Origin: Candidatus Omnitrophota bacterium
GTDB taxonomy: Bacteria > Omnitrophota > Gorgyraeia > Zapsychrales > Fredricksoniimonadaceae
Reading direction: 5' to 3'
Assembly: GCA_903944345.1 (NCBI GenBank)
Contig: CAJARJ010000014.1
Span: forward strand, 64,990-128,989
DNA length: 64,000 nucleotides
The notes under the pieces were generated by a model that saw only the letters and a program-made list of their open reading frames with translations, did no database searches and was not told the origin of the DNA. The stretch's first letter is position 1. Each line of letters starts with the position of its first letter. Made by a program: the position numbers and the translations under genes. Below are positions 1 through 8,832 of this stretch, piece after piece.

Positions 1-419
1 CTGGCACGAATCGAATTGACAGTAAGAAATCCTAGGCTGGGAGGACAATCGATAACAATATAATCATAACTGTTCTTGATGCCTTCAAGAATATCAAACA
101 GCTTGGTCTCGCGGCCAATCTCGTCGGCCAGCTCCTGCTCGAGAGTTCCAACCAGGACATTGGAGGGGACAATATCAAAATTGGCTTCGACTTTCTGAAT
201 AATATCACGAATGGCCAGCTTGCGCGGAGTCAGACGGGAAATAACATTATAAATACTGTTCTTGTCGTCGCGGTTGAGGCCAAGCGTCGCATGAGCCTGG
301 GGATCGAGATCAATCAGCAGAGTACGCTTGCCGTTCGACGCCAGCGATGACACGAGGTTAATTGCCGTCGTTGTCTTGCCGCAACCGCCTTTTTGGTTCG
401 CCACTGTTATGATCTTCAT
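1..419 (-). CDS. ParA/Soj-family ATPase (3' end runs off the window)
   Basis: Hand translation from ATG at 419: MKIITVANQKGGCGKTTTAINL...LLIDLDPQ...YDYIIIDCPPSLG. This has the deviant Walker A, A' and B motifs. AGGGGG RBS upstream. Confidence 0.92.
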   Translation of the reverse strand, partial: MKIITVANQKGGCGKTTTAINLVSSLASNGKRTLLIDLDPQAHATLGLNRDDKNSIYNVISRLTPRKLAIRDIIQKVEANFDIVPSNVLVGTLEQELADEIGRETKLFDILEGIKNSYDYIVIDCPPSLGFLTVNSIRA

Positions 420-435
420 TAGTCCAGTCCCCCTG

Positions 436-1017
436 CTAGTTTGAAAAACTTATATTGTCTATTAGAACCGTGCCTGTTGCACGTTGGGCATTCCAGGCCT
501 CAATCACAAAAGAAATTTCTTTTAAACTGCTCCAGTCCGTAATATCCAGCTTGTCGAACGGAACCGAAAAATTCTGCCAGCGGGTCGTAATGCCCTGAAA
601 GTAATATGAGGCCCGCTCGTTACGGGCATTAACCAGAACCAGCTTGACCACTCCCGGATTGCCCCCCTCTGAAGCCTTGAGGGCCACATTCAGACGACGA
701 AAACCGGACACGTCAATATCGGAAATCGGAAAACTCAAATCCTTGATCTGCGGATTTCCGTCGGCCTGCATATAATTCAGGCGTACCGGAGAGTTACTCA
801 AAGAATAAATAACCCGGCTGCGTAAATCATCGTGCCGACGAGCAAGAAAAGCCGTTAAACCGTAAACCACGCTGACTAAAATAAAGGCCGTGATCACCAC
901 ATTGATCACATTAGCCACGCGCGGCCGTTTGACCGGAATTTCTTTTACATCGACTACGCTTTCGCGCTTATCCAGATAAACTCTGGCCAAATGGTCATAA
1001 ATCTCGTCACGAGTCAT
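436..1017 (-). CDS. Membrane-anchored protein with a CBM11/CIA30-like beta-sandwich domain
   Basis: One TM helix (VINVVITAFILVSVVYGLTAFL). C-terminal WQNFSVPF...DWSSLKEISFVIE...GTVLIDNISF pattern typical of CBM11-like domains. Confidence 0.6.
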   Translation of the reverse strand: MTRDEIYDHLARVYLDKRESVVDVKEIPVKRPRVANVINVVITAFILVSVVYGLTAFLARRHDDLRSRVIYSLSNSPVRLNYMQADGNPQIKDLSFPISDIDVSGFRRLNVALKASEGGNPGVVKLVLVNARNERASYYFQGITTRWQNFSVPFDKLDITDWSSLKEISFVIEAWNAQRATGTVLIDNISFSN

Positions 1018-1175
1018 ACTGCCTGCTACTGCCGTGCTTTTCTCCCGACGGAGAATGTTTTTATGAAGGAGGATTTCTTTTGTTGTTTTTATATTAACAA
1101 ATTAATATTAATTTCAAAACAATAAATAATAAATTTTAGCCTCTTTTTGTGCTGAAAAATCTCCGACGGAGAAAA

Positions 1176-1213
1176 AAGAAAAACCCCCGGGGTTTTATTC
1201 CCGGGGGCTTTTT
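1176..1213 (-). terminator. Intrinsic terminator after the porin gene (possibly bidirectional)
   Basis: On the minus strand: CCCCCGGG-AATAAAAC-CCCGGGGG followed by TTTTTCTTTTTT. There is also a T-run on the plus strand. Confidence 0.85.
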
Positions 1214-1236
1214 AACAACGCCTGCGTGCCTTTTTA

Positions 1237-2571
1237 TTAGAAAAGAACGCTGACGCTGGTGAGCAACTGACTGGCATCTTTGTTGTCAGGTGTCACGTAG
1301 TTCTTGCCTCTGACGAAATAGCCGGCGCTCATGCCAAGCTTGACATCTTCGGTATAAGCATACGTTACATCCAGATCCACTTCGGTGCCCATGTACTTGC
1401 TGGAATTGCGAACGTTCGGAGCGACGCCCTGGAACGCTAACTTTTCGGCTAACCAGAGACCGTTGACAGAGAACTTGGTCACGACATCCTGAACCGGGGT
1501 CAGCTCGAAGCTGGCCTGAGCCACCTGCGCATTACTAACACCAAGACCTTCGGAGTAGAAAATACGACCGGCGTTCTGATCGCCAAACATGGCATCCCAA
1601 CCGCGACGATTCTTCACGTTGTCATCAAGAGTCGCCGAAGGATTAGAATCAGGATTACCGGAAAGATACGTATAAGCAAGACCCAGAGAAGGCTTCATGT
1701 CATCCATCATCGGAAGAGCATAGTCCACCTTGGCTTGCAGAGCATAAGCACCCTTAAGTGACTGTGAGGAATTCGAGTTCGTATCGTTGTATTGACCAAT
1801 CTGATACGCACCCTCGATCTGAGCATGAACACCCTCGATCGGATTGCTGCTCAAACGCAGACCAGGAACATAAACAGTTTCGGTCTTGCCCTTGGGATCA
1901 GCGCCTGCACCACGGTCATCGGTACCGTTGTCAATTTTGACAAAAGTATAAGCCTCAACAACAGAATCCTTGCTGTCGCCGACCTTGTAGTTGGCATTGA
2001 CACCATACAGATTCACGTTGTCGCGAGTAGCCGTTACAGACTCGCCGGTTGTGTTATTGGTAACGCGGGACGCAATCATATCGATGGTCAAAGCATCATA
2101 GCTGAGTACAGCCTTGATCGCATCGAAATTGACGCCACCGGTCAGGTCACTGACAGAAGCTACAGCTGCATCGCCGTAACCATCTCCGTCAGCAATGATC
2201 AGACCATTACCATAATACAAAGGCTGACGACCAACCGTCACGGTCAAAGGAGCATAAAGCATTTCCTTCATGGTGACATAGGCCGCATCCAGGTTGAAGT
2301 CCGTATTGGAAGCATCGTTGTCTCCCCAGATTCTCTCGTTAGCAAGAGAAATATAGGTGGACACATTGTCGGTCAAATCAGCGCCGACGTTCAAATTGAC
2401 CTGGGACAGAATTTCGTTCAGGCTGCCGCGCTGGGCATTCTCGTTGAAGTTTGAACGAATAACTGAAGTGGTCTTGAGTCCGCCGCCAACCTTGACGTTC
2501 TGGACTGCAGCGAATGACGGGGTCGCAACCAGTGCGAGCGCCGCCACGGCTAACATCATTTTCTTGATCAT
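1237..2571 (-). CDS. Outer-membrane beta-barrel, alginate-export (AlgE-like) family
   Basis: Signal peptide MIKKMMLAVAALALVATPSFA; VTVGRQPLYYGNGLII and GTEVDLDVTYAY motifs; terminal Phe; AAGGAG RBS before ATG 2571. Confidence 0.75.
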   Translation of the reverse strand: MIKKMMLAVAALALVATPSFAAVQNVKVGGGLKTTSVIRSNFNENAQRGSLNEILSQVNLNVGADLTDNVSTYISLANERIWGDNDASNTDFNLDAAYVTMKEMLYAPLTVTVGRQPLYYGNGLIIADGDGYGDAAVASVSDLTGGVNFDAIKAVLSYDALTIDMIASRVTNNTTGESVTATRDNVNLYGVNANYKVGDSKDSVVEAYTFVKIDNGTDDRGAGADPKGKTETVYVPGLRLSSNPIEGVHAQIEGAYQIGQYNDTNSNSSQSLKGAYALQAKVDYALPMMDDMKPSLGLAYTYLSGNPDSNPSATLDDNVKNRRGWDAMFGDQNAGRIFYSEGLGVSNAQVAQASFELTPVQDVVTKFSVNGLWLAEKLAFQGVAPNVRNSSKYMGTEVDLDVTYAYTEDVKLGMSAGYFVRGKNYVTPDNKDASQLLTSVSVLF

Positions 2572-2731
2572 GTGATCTCCTTTAAACATATTAGCTATCT
2601 AGTTTGACTAGTTATTTACAAGTGATCCCTATAAACGATGCCCCCTGATCGTGCAATGCAAAAATGCCGGAATGGATTCTCCCCTCCTTTCTTGACCAGA
2701 CTAGGAACATCACAGGGTTAAGGTTGAGGTT

Positions 2732-2760
2732 ATTTTGTCACCAGGATTTTACACTGTCAA
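2732..2760 (-). promoter_or_regulatory. Sigma70 promoter for the porin gene
   Basis: TTGACA-17 nt-CAAAAT. Confidence 0.6.
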
Positions 2761-2797
2761 AGGAAAACTGAAAAAAATTAACAGCAGAAAAAAGAAA

Positions 2798-2870
2798 CGC
2801 CCCCGGGCCGACTCGAACGGCCACAACAGCCTTAGGAGAGCCGTGCTCTATCCTGTTGAGCTACGGGGGC
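2798..2870 (-). tRNA. tRNA-Arg (anticodon CCT), CCA not encoded
   Basis: GCCCCCG acceptor stem pairs with CGGGGGC; D arm GCTC..GAGC; anticodon loop CTCCTAA; T loop TTCGAGT; 73 nt. Confidence 0.95.
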
Positions 2871-2877
2871 ATTGAAA

Positions 2878-3609
2878 TTAACGACTGGCTTGATGCAAGG
2901 ACTGCAGATACTCCGCCGGAGGGTTATACCCCAGTTTCCGGGCTTTATCAAGATAAAATTCCGCATCCGCAATTTGCCCGCTCTGAAAAGAAAGGATGGA
3001 AAGATTGACAAAAGCGTCCTGATGAGACGGATTAACCGCAACCGCTTTACGATAATACTCGATGGCCCGCTCCTGATTTCCCAAACGGGCAAAAACATTA
3101 CCGGTATTATAAAAAAGTTCTGCGCTGTCCACGCCCCGCTCCTCGGCCTGGAGATACCATTCCAGCGCATCCTGGAACTTAAGAGCGCTTTCCTTGATAT
3201 AGCCGACATGAAAATAAATTTCTGGATTCTGGAAACGAAGCTCAACCGCTTTTAGATAATACTCTTCGGATCTGGAAGGAAGATTCAGCTTGAAATACAA
3301 AGCCCCTAAATGGAAATAGGGTTCCGGACGAGCCGGCCAGCGCGCAATGACCGCCTCGAAGGCCGCAACCGCTTCGGGATACCGCTCCCTGGCCTTGAAA
3401 TCCCCCGCTTCGCTGAGCATCCGGTTGAACTCGGCCTCGTCCGCCTGGGCGGAGTCTTTTTTGCCAAAAACTTTCTGCCCCACACCAGCCGCACAGCCGC
3501 GACCGCCCAGATTCAGAGCAAACAGAGCTCCTGCAATCGAAACTGCGGCCCACACAAAGACCGTTTTACGGGAGAGGTTTAATGACATACCGGATGACAC
3601 CAGGATCAA
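2878..3609 (-). CDS. Tetratricopeptide repeat protein with an N-terminal membrane anchor
   Basis: Several TPR units (e.g. AELFYNTGNVFARLGNQERAIEYYRKAVAVNP); hydrophobic N-terminus; start uncertain. Confidence 0.8.
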   Translation of the reverse strand: MILVSSGMSLNLSRKTVFVWAAVSIAGALFALNLGGRGCAAGVGQKVFGKKDSAQADEAEFNRMLSEAGDFKARERYPEAVAAFEAVIARWPARPEPYFHLGALYFKLNLPSRSEEYYLKAVELRFQNPEIYFHVGYIKESALKFQDALEWYLQAEERGVDSAELFYNTGNVFARLGNQERAIEYYRKAVAVNPSHQDAFVNLSILSFQSGQIADAEFYLDKARKLGYNPPAEYLQSLHQASR

Positions 3610-4127
3610 TACTTAATAGCAGAATAAACAGGATACCCTTTGAGCTTTTTTCTTCCCTCAAGAAAGGCCAGTTCAATAATAAAACCGATCCCCGCAATCC
3701 GGGCGCTTTGTCCACGAACAAGACGAATGACAGCCTCAACCGTTCCTCCGGTGGCCAAAAGATCGTCCACAATCAGAACCCGGTCACCTTTTTTAAAAGC
3801 ATCCACATGAATTTCAAGTGTATCCGCACCATATTCAAGATCGTAAGTTACTGAATCTGTTTTATAAGGAAGCTTGCCTTTCTTGCGCACCGGAACAAAG
3901 CCCGCACCCAGGCAACAGGCCAAAGCAGAGGCAAAAATAAACCCGCGCGATTCCACCGCAACCACGTATTTGATCTTCTCTTTCCGGAAGGCTTTAGCCA
4001 AAAGAGCCACGGATGCTTTAAGAGCGGCAGGATCCTTGAGTAAAGGAGTAATATCTTTAAAGATAATACCCGGTTTTGGGAAATCGGGGATATCGCGAAC
4101 AAATTTTTTAAGATCGATGGCCGCCAT
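3606..4127 (-). CDS. apt: Adenine phosphoribosyltransferase
   Basis: IPDFPKPGIIFKDITPLL, ESRGF, RKKGKLP, YDLEYG, PRPP motif VLIVDDLLATGGT. Confidence 0.97.
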   Translation of the reverse strand: MAAIDLKKFVRDIPDFPKPGIIFKDITPLLKDPAALKASVALLAKAFRKEKIKYVVAVESRGFIFASALACCLGAGFVPVRKKGKLPYKTDSVTYDLEYGADTLEIHVDAFKKGDRVLIVDDLLATGGTVEAVIRLVRGQSARIAGIGFIIELAFLEGRKKLKGYPVYSAIKY

Positions 4128-4141
4128 CCTTGCCTCCAGCA

Positions 4142-5020
4142 CTATTTAATAGAAGAAGCCGTACGCCCTTTGACCAGTTTGGCCTGCATCACGGTTTTGA
4201 CCGGAAGCTTGGCTAATCCCAGGCTGATCTGATACAGATTTTCCAGGCCCAAACGCGCCATATCCATAAGCGGCTGTTCCACCGTGGTCAGATGGACAGG
4301 CGAATGCATGGTGGTCAAATTATTATCAAAACCGACGACCGAAAGATTTCCGGGAACAGAAAATCCCAGTTCACCGGCACAGGCCACCACTTCCAGAGCC
4401 ATCAGGTCACTGGCAGCAAAAACCGCAGTAGGACGATCCTGCATCTTGAGCAAAGACATAGCCGCGGTTCTGGCCGGAGTGCGCAGAAAACCACCCTTCT
4501 TGACCAGGTGCTTGTCCCGGTCTATTCCGGCAGCAGCCAGCCCCTCGTAATACCCCTCGAGACGGTCAAAGCCGGCCTGGGTTTCAAGGTTGCCGGCAAT
4601 ATGCGCTATGCGACGATGACCCAGTCCGCACAGATATTTAACCACATCCCGCGCGGCCGAACGATTGTCAATAGAAATACAATTATAAGGTTCGGGGGTG
4701 GCATTATTCAAAACAATAGCAGGAATGGCATTGCTGATCGCCTGACGGACAACACCCCAGTCGCGGTCAATATCGGCAAAAATGATACCGTCGACAAAAT
4801 AAGGATCCAGCAAGGTGGGCATAAGCCACTGCGAATGATCCTTGCGGTCGCAGAAAGTCACCAAAATGTCGACTCCCAGCCGGTTGGCGGCAAGGTTTAT
4901 CCCTTTGGTGATTTCTCCGGCGAAAAGCGAATTGCCAAAGTCCTCGAAACGCGGGATCATCAAAACAAAAAGCGGTTTTCTATTTTTCGCTGAGGGTCTT
5001 TTTTTCCGGATCTGAACCAT
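4142..5020 (-). CDS. LacI/GalR-family ligand-binding domain protein lacking the N-terminal HTH
   Basis: LGHRRIAHIAG, DRLEGY, PTAVFAASDLMA, VPGNLSVVGFD, LTTVEQP. No 'TIKDVA...GVS..TVSR' HTH. Confidence 0.8.
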   Translation of the reverse strand: MVQIRKKRPSAKNRKPLFVLMIPRFEDFGNSLFAGEITKGINLAANRLGVDILVTFCDRKDHSQWLMPTLLDPYFVDGIIFADIDRDWGVVRQAISNAIPAIVLNNATPEPYNCISIDNRSAARDVVKYLCGLGHRRIAHIAGNLETQAGFDRLEGYYEGLAAAGIDRDKHLVKKGGFLRTPARTAAMSLLKMQDRPTAVFAASDLMALEVVACAGELGFSVPGNLSVVGFDNNLTTMHSPVHLTTVEQPLMDMARLGLENLYQISLGLAKLPVKTVMQAKLVKGRTASSIK

Positions 5021-5834
5021 TAGGCCGTCCTTTATCCTGTTCATCCGCGATCTGGCGCATTTTTATCAAAATAGAACCTTCAAGCTGGCGAACCCGTTCC
5101 CGGGAGATGCCCATAACGTCCGCAATCTGTGCCAGTGTTTTGGGGTCCCCGTCTCCCAACCCGAAACGCATCTGCATGATCTGACGCTCGCGTTCAGGCA
5201 ATTTTTCCAGAATGTATTCAGCCCGCTCCTTGTTAAGGAACGTTTCCAGCTGCTCGTCGGGCGAAGCCAGGCTTTCATCCTCGATAATATCCTTGACCTG
5301 ACCGTCGCCGTCTTCTCCGATAGGTGCATCCAAACTCGCCATCTTGGTGATGGCCTGATCCAGTTCGCGCACCTTGTCGATGGTCGTTTGCAAACGCTTG
5401 GCCACTTCCCCGTACTGCGGCTTTCGCCCAAGCTTTTGTGTCAGCATTTCAACAGCTTTGCGATACTTGACAATTTCCTCATTCATGTAAACCGGAACAC
5501 GAATCATCTTACCCTGATCAATAATGGAACGGGAAATGCCCTGCTTGATCCACCAGGCCGAATAGGTCGAAAAACGATACCCCTTTTCCGGATCAAACTT
5601 ATCGACCGAACGCATTAACCCGATATTCCCTTCCTCAATAAGATCGCTGAGAGGAATGCCGAGATTGGTATACCGCTTGGCGATGGAAATCACCAGTCGC
5701 AAGTTGGCCCGAATCATATGATCCCGGGCTTCCCGGTCGCCTTTCTGCACCCGGCGAGCCAGCGTAACCTCTTCTTCGGCAGTTAACAACGCGATCGGAC
5801 GAACGTCTTTAAGATAGGCTTTTATTGGGTCCAT
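4980..5834 (-). CDS. Sigma70-family factor, RpoD/RpoS-like group 2 (regions 1.2-4, no region 1.1)
   Basis: DPIKAYLKDV, ANLRLVISIAKRY, DLIEEGNIGL, KGYRFSTYSAWWIKQ, SRERVRQLE. Confidence 0.9.
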   Translation of the reverse strand: MDPIKAYLKDVRPIALLTAEEEVTLARRVQKGDREARDHMIRANLRLVISIAKRYTNLGIPLSDLIEEGNIGLMRSVDKFDPEKGYRFSTYSAWWIKQGISRSIIDQGKMIRVPVYMNEEIVKYRKAVEMLTQKLGRKPQYGEVAKRLQTTIDKVRELDQAITKMASLDAPIGEDGDGQVKDIIEDESLASPDEQLETFLNKERAEYILEKLPERERQIMQMRFGLGDGDPKTLAQIADVMGISRERVRQLEGSILIKMRQIADEQDKGRPNGSDPEKKTLSEK

Positions 5835-5855
5835 AATTCCAGTTCGGCTAAAAGG

Positions 5856-5897
5856 ATACGGGCGCGCGCGAAAGACATCTTTCACGCACGCCCGTAT
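5856..5897 (-). terminator. Long (~19 bp) hairpin between ppdK and the sigma gene; terminator or stabiliser
   Basis: ATACGGGCGTGCGTGAAAGA-TG-TCTTTCGCGCGCGCCCGTAT, then CCTTTT. The mismatches become G-U pairs on the minus strand. Confidence 0.55.
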
Positions 5898-5910
5898 TGT
5901 AACTCATTTT

Positions 5911-8709
5911 TTACTTTTTACCCGTTTTTTTACCCGTTTTTTTAACAGGACCCGCTGCCTTGATCTCAACCGCAGCCTGGGCCGCAGCAAGACGGGCAAT
6001 CGGAACGCGGTACGGAGAGCATGACACATAATTCATGCCGGCTCTCACGCAGAACTTGACACTGGCCGCTTCACCACCGTGCTCGCCGCAGATACCGACC
6101 TTGAGGTCCTTGCGGGTGGCGCGCCCGCGCTCAATACCATACTTGACCAGAAGTCCGACACCACTCTGGTCGAGGCTCTGGAAGGGATCATCCTTGAAGA
6201 TCGCCTTGCCGCCGTCTTTCTCGGAAGCAACATAAACCGGAAGAAAACGTCCGGCATCATCGCGGGAAAGACCGAGTGTCATCTGGGTCAGGTCATTGGT
6301 TCCGAACGAGAAGAACTCGGCCACTTCAGCCAGCTCATTGGCGAGCAAAGCCGCGCGCGGAATCTCGATCATGGTTCCGACCATGTACTTGACCTTGGAC
6401 TTAGACTCCCGGATCAGGCGATCCGCGATCTCTCGGGTCTGAACTTCAAGCAGCTTGAGCTCTTTCTTGTCGATGGTCAGAGGATGCATGATCTCGGGCA
6501 GAACCTTGACACCTTCCTTTGATGCCTTGATAGCCGCTTCGATGATCGCGGTCACCTGCATTTCAAGAATCTCGGGATAAGTGATGCACAAACGGCAACC
6601 GCGATGACCGAGCATCGGATTGGACTCGTGCAGCTGTTCACAACGATGACGAATCTGGTCAGCGCTGAGCCCCGTGATCCGGGAAAGCTTTTCGACTCCG
6701 GCATCATCTTTGGGAGTAAATTCGTGCAACGGCGGATCAATAAGACGGATCGTGACCGGCTTGCCATCCATGGCCTTGAAAATGCCATAGAAGTCTTCAC
6801 GCTGGATCGGCAGGAGTTTGCCCAATGCCTTTTTGCGCGTTTCGAGAGTTTCGGCAACAATCATTTCCTGGATCGCCAGACGGCGCTCTTCGGTATCGAA
6901 GAACATGTGCTCGGTACGGCAAAGACCGATACCTTCAGCTCCCATCTCCAGCGCTTTTTTTGCGTCGTAAGGAGTGTCGGCATTTGTACGCACATTGATC
7001 GTGCGAATCTGGTCGGCCCACTTGAGAATGGTGCTGTAAGCTTCCGGCAGTTCCGGATCCTTGAGCGGCAGATCACCGATATAAACTTCACCGGCAGATC
7101 CGTCGAGAGTAAGATAATCCCCCTGCTTGATGGTCTTTCCGCCAACAACCATCTGCTTGGTTTCATAGTTGATATTAAGCGCTTCACAACCGACAACGCA
7201 GCACTTGCCCCAGCCGCGCGCCACAACCGCCGCGTGAGAAGTTTTCCCGCCCGTCGCAGTAAGAATACCCTTGGCCGCGTGCATACCGCCTACATCCTCG
7301 GGGCTTGTTTCCTTGCGAACCAGAATAACTTTCTCACCCTTGGCAGCCATTTCTTCGGCTTCCGCCGCAGTAAACACAACTTTTCCAGCCGCCGCTCCGG
7401 GAACCGCATTGATACCCGAAGCAATCCTGGCATCTTTAAGCTGCTGGACAGAAACCTTCTTGCCGTCAATAACCGGATAGAAAAGACGTTCGATATCATC
7501 GGAACTCAGACGGCAGACCGCCTCTTCCTTGGTGATAACCGATTTAACCGCCATATCAGCATACTTCTTGGGCAAATACCCCTTCTTGACCAGATCCGCA
7601 GCCTGGGCCTTGCTCAAAAGCGGCTTGGTGGCATGATCCAGTGCAATCTGGAACGCTGCCGCCGGAGAACGTTTTCCGGTACGGCACTGCAACATATAAA
7701 GCTGCTCGTCCTCGATAGTAAATTCGAGATCCTGCATTTCCTTATAGTAGGACTCCAGAATGGCGCGCACAGCCAGAAGCTGGTCATAAACCTTGGGCAT
7801 CTGCTGCTTGAGCGTCTCGAGCTTGAGCGGTGTGCGAATACCCGCCACAACGTCCTCACCCTGCGCATTGATCAGGTAATCTCCGTAAAACACATTCTCC
7901 CCGGTATTCGGGTCGCGGGTAAAACAGACACCGGTTCCGGAATTATCGCCCTTGTTGCCAAACACCATCTGCACGACGTTGACCGCGGTCCCCTTGAGGT
8001 CGCTGATCTTTTCGACGCGGCGATAAGTGACGGCTTTCTCGGCTTCCCAGCTGTTAAAAACCGCCATGATGGCGCCCCACAACTGTTTGTAGGGATCCTG
8101 GGGAAACTCCTCGCCCTTGTTCTTCTTGTAAAAATCCTTGAACTGCTGACAAAGCTCCTTGAGCTTCTCGGCAGGAATCTCGGGGTCATTCTTGATACCG
8201 AGATCATGTTTCATCTGGTGCAAGAGATCTTCCATCGGCTGTTTGGAAAGGCCCATCGCCGTGGCAGAAAACATCTGGATAAAGCGGCGGTAGGAATCGT
8301 AGGCAAAACGCGGATTACCGGTCTTGGCCGCCAAACCCTCGACACTCTTGTCGTTAAGACCAAGATTAAGAATCGTTTCGAGCATACCCGGCATCGAACG
8401 GGCTGCGCCGGAACGGACAGACACCAGAAGAGGATCCTTGGAATCGCCCAGTTTCTTTCCGGTGTTCTTTTCGAGTTTCTTGACCGCATCCAGAACTTCC
8501 TTCTCGAGAGACTTGGGCAGTTTACGTCCAAGCTTGTAATACTCTTCACAGGTCTGGATGGTGACCGTAAAACCTGCCGGAACCGGGATGCCGATGGACG
8601 TCATTTCCATAAGGCCGATACCCTTGCCGCCAAGCACGCTCTTGCTCAGCTCCGCGCCCTTGGCTTCTGCCTTGCCGGCGCCGTACGAGTAAACATGTTT
8701 TGTTGCCAT
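5911..8709 (-). CDS. ppdK: Pyruvate, phosphate dikinase
   Basis: LGGKG, PLLVSVRSGAARSMPGM, GEDVVAGIRTP, phospho-His GGKTSHAAVVARG, GIGLCRTEHMF, SFGTNDLTQ, GICGEHGG. Confidence 0.98.
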   Translation of the reverse strand: MATKHVYSYGAGKAEAKGAELSKSVLGGKGIGLMEMTSIGIPVPAGFTVTIQTCEEYYKLGRKLPKSLEKEVLDAVKKLEKNTGKKLGDSKDPLLVSVRSGAARSMPGMLETILNLGLNDKSVEGLAAKTGNPRFAYDSYRRFIQMFSATAMGLSKQPMEDLLHQMKHDLGIKNDPEIPAEKLKELCQQFKDFYKKNKGEEFPQDPYKQLWGAIMAVFNSWEAEKAVTYRRVEKISDLKGTAVNVVQMVFGNKGDNSGTGVCFTRDPNTGENVFYGDYLINAQGEDVVAGIRTPLKLETLKQQMPKVYDQLLAVRAILESYYKEMQDLEFTIEDEQLYMLQCRTGKRSPAAAFQIALDHATKPLLSKAQAADLVKKGYLPKKYADMAVKSVITKEEAVCRLSSDDIERLFYPVIDGKKVSVQQLKDARIASGINAVPGAAAGKVVFTAAEAEEMAAKGEKVILVRKETSPEDVGGMHAAKGILTATGGKTSHAAVVARGWGKCCVVGCEALNINYETKQMVVGGKTIKQGDYLTLDGSAGEVYIGDLPLKDPELPEAYSTILKWADQIRTINVRTNADTPYDAKKALEMGAEGIGLCRTEHMFFDTEERRLAIQEMIVAETLETRKKALGKLLPIQREDFYGIFKAMDGKPVTIRLIDPPLHEFTPKDDAGVEKLSRITGLSADQIRHRCEQLHESNPMLGHRGCRLCITYPEILEMQVTAIIEAAIKASKEGVKVLPEIMHPLTIDKKELKLLEVQTREIADRLIRESKSKVKYMVGTMIEIPRAALLANELAEVAEFFSFGTNDLTQMTLGLSRDDAGRFLPVYVASEKDGGKAIFKDDPFQSLDQSGVGLLVKYGIERGRATRKDLKVGICGEHGGEAASVKFCVRAGMNYVSCSPYRVPIARLAAAQAAVEIKAAGPVKKTGKKTGKK

Positions 8710-8832
8710 ACTACTGCTCTCCTTTTTTTTAGGCCTGGCCGGGCGGTTCAAGCGCCCAACCTTACATTCCCTGCGAACAGAAAAGATACCTGATCTTCTC
8801 TGTCACAATAAACCGGAATGAGCGCCCGGACA

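Noticed and set aside
2832-3255. ORFs overlapping the TPR gene and the tRNA
   Set aside because: Alternative frames; one runs into the tRNA-Arg sequence.
7520-7645. Apparent ~25-aa insertion in PPDK (HATKPLL...KKYADMAVKS)
   Set aside because: Probably a lineage-specific surface insert; catalytic motifs are intact and significance cannot be judged without an alignment.
6604-8793. 729-aa plus-strand ORF and other long antisense ORFs (9034-10323, 23641-24807, 33432-34859)
   Set aside because: Shadow frames opposite well-conserved genes (ppdK, glyQS, mrdA, ileS); no motifs and no RBS.
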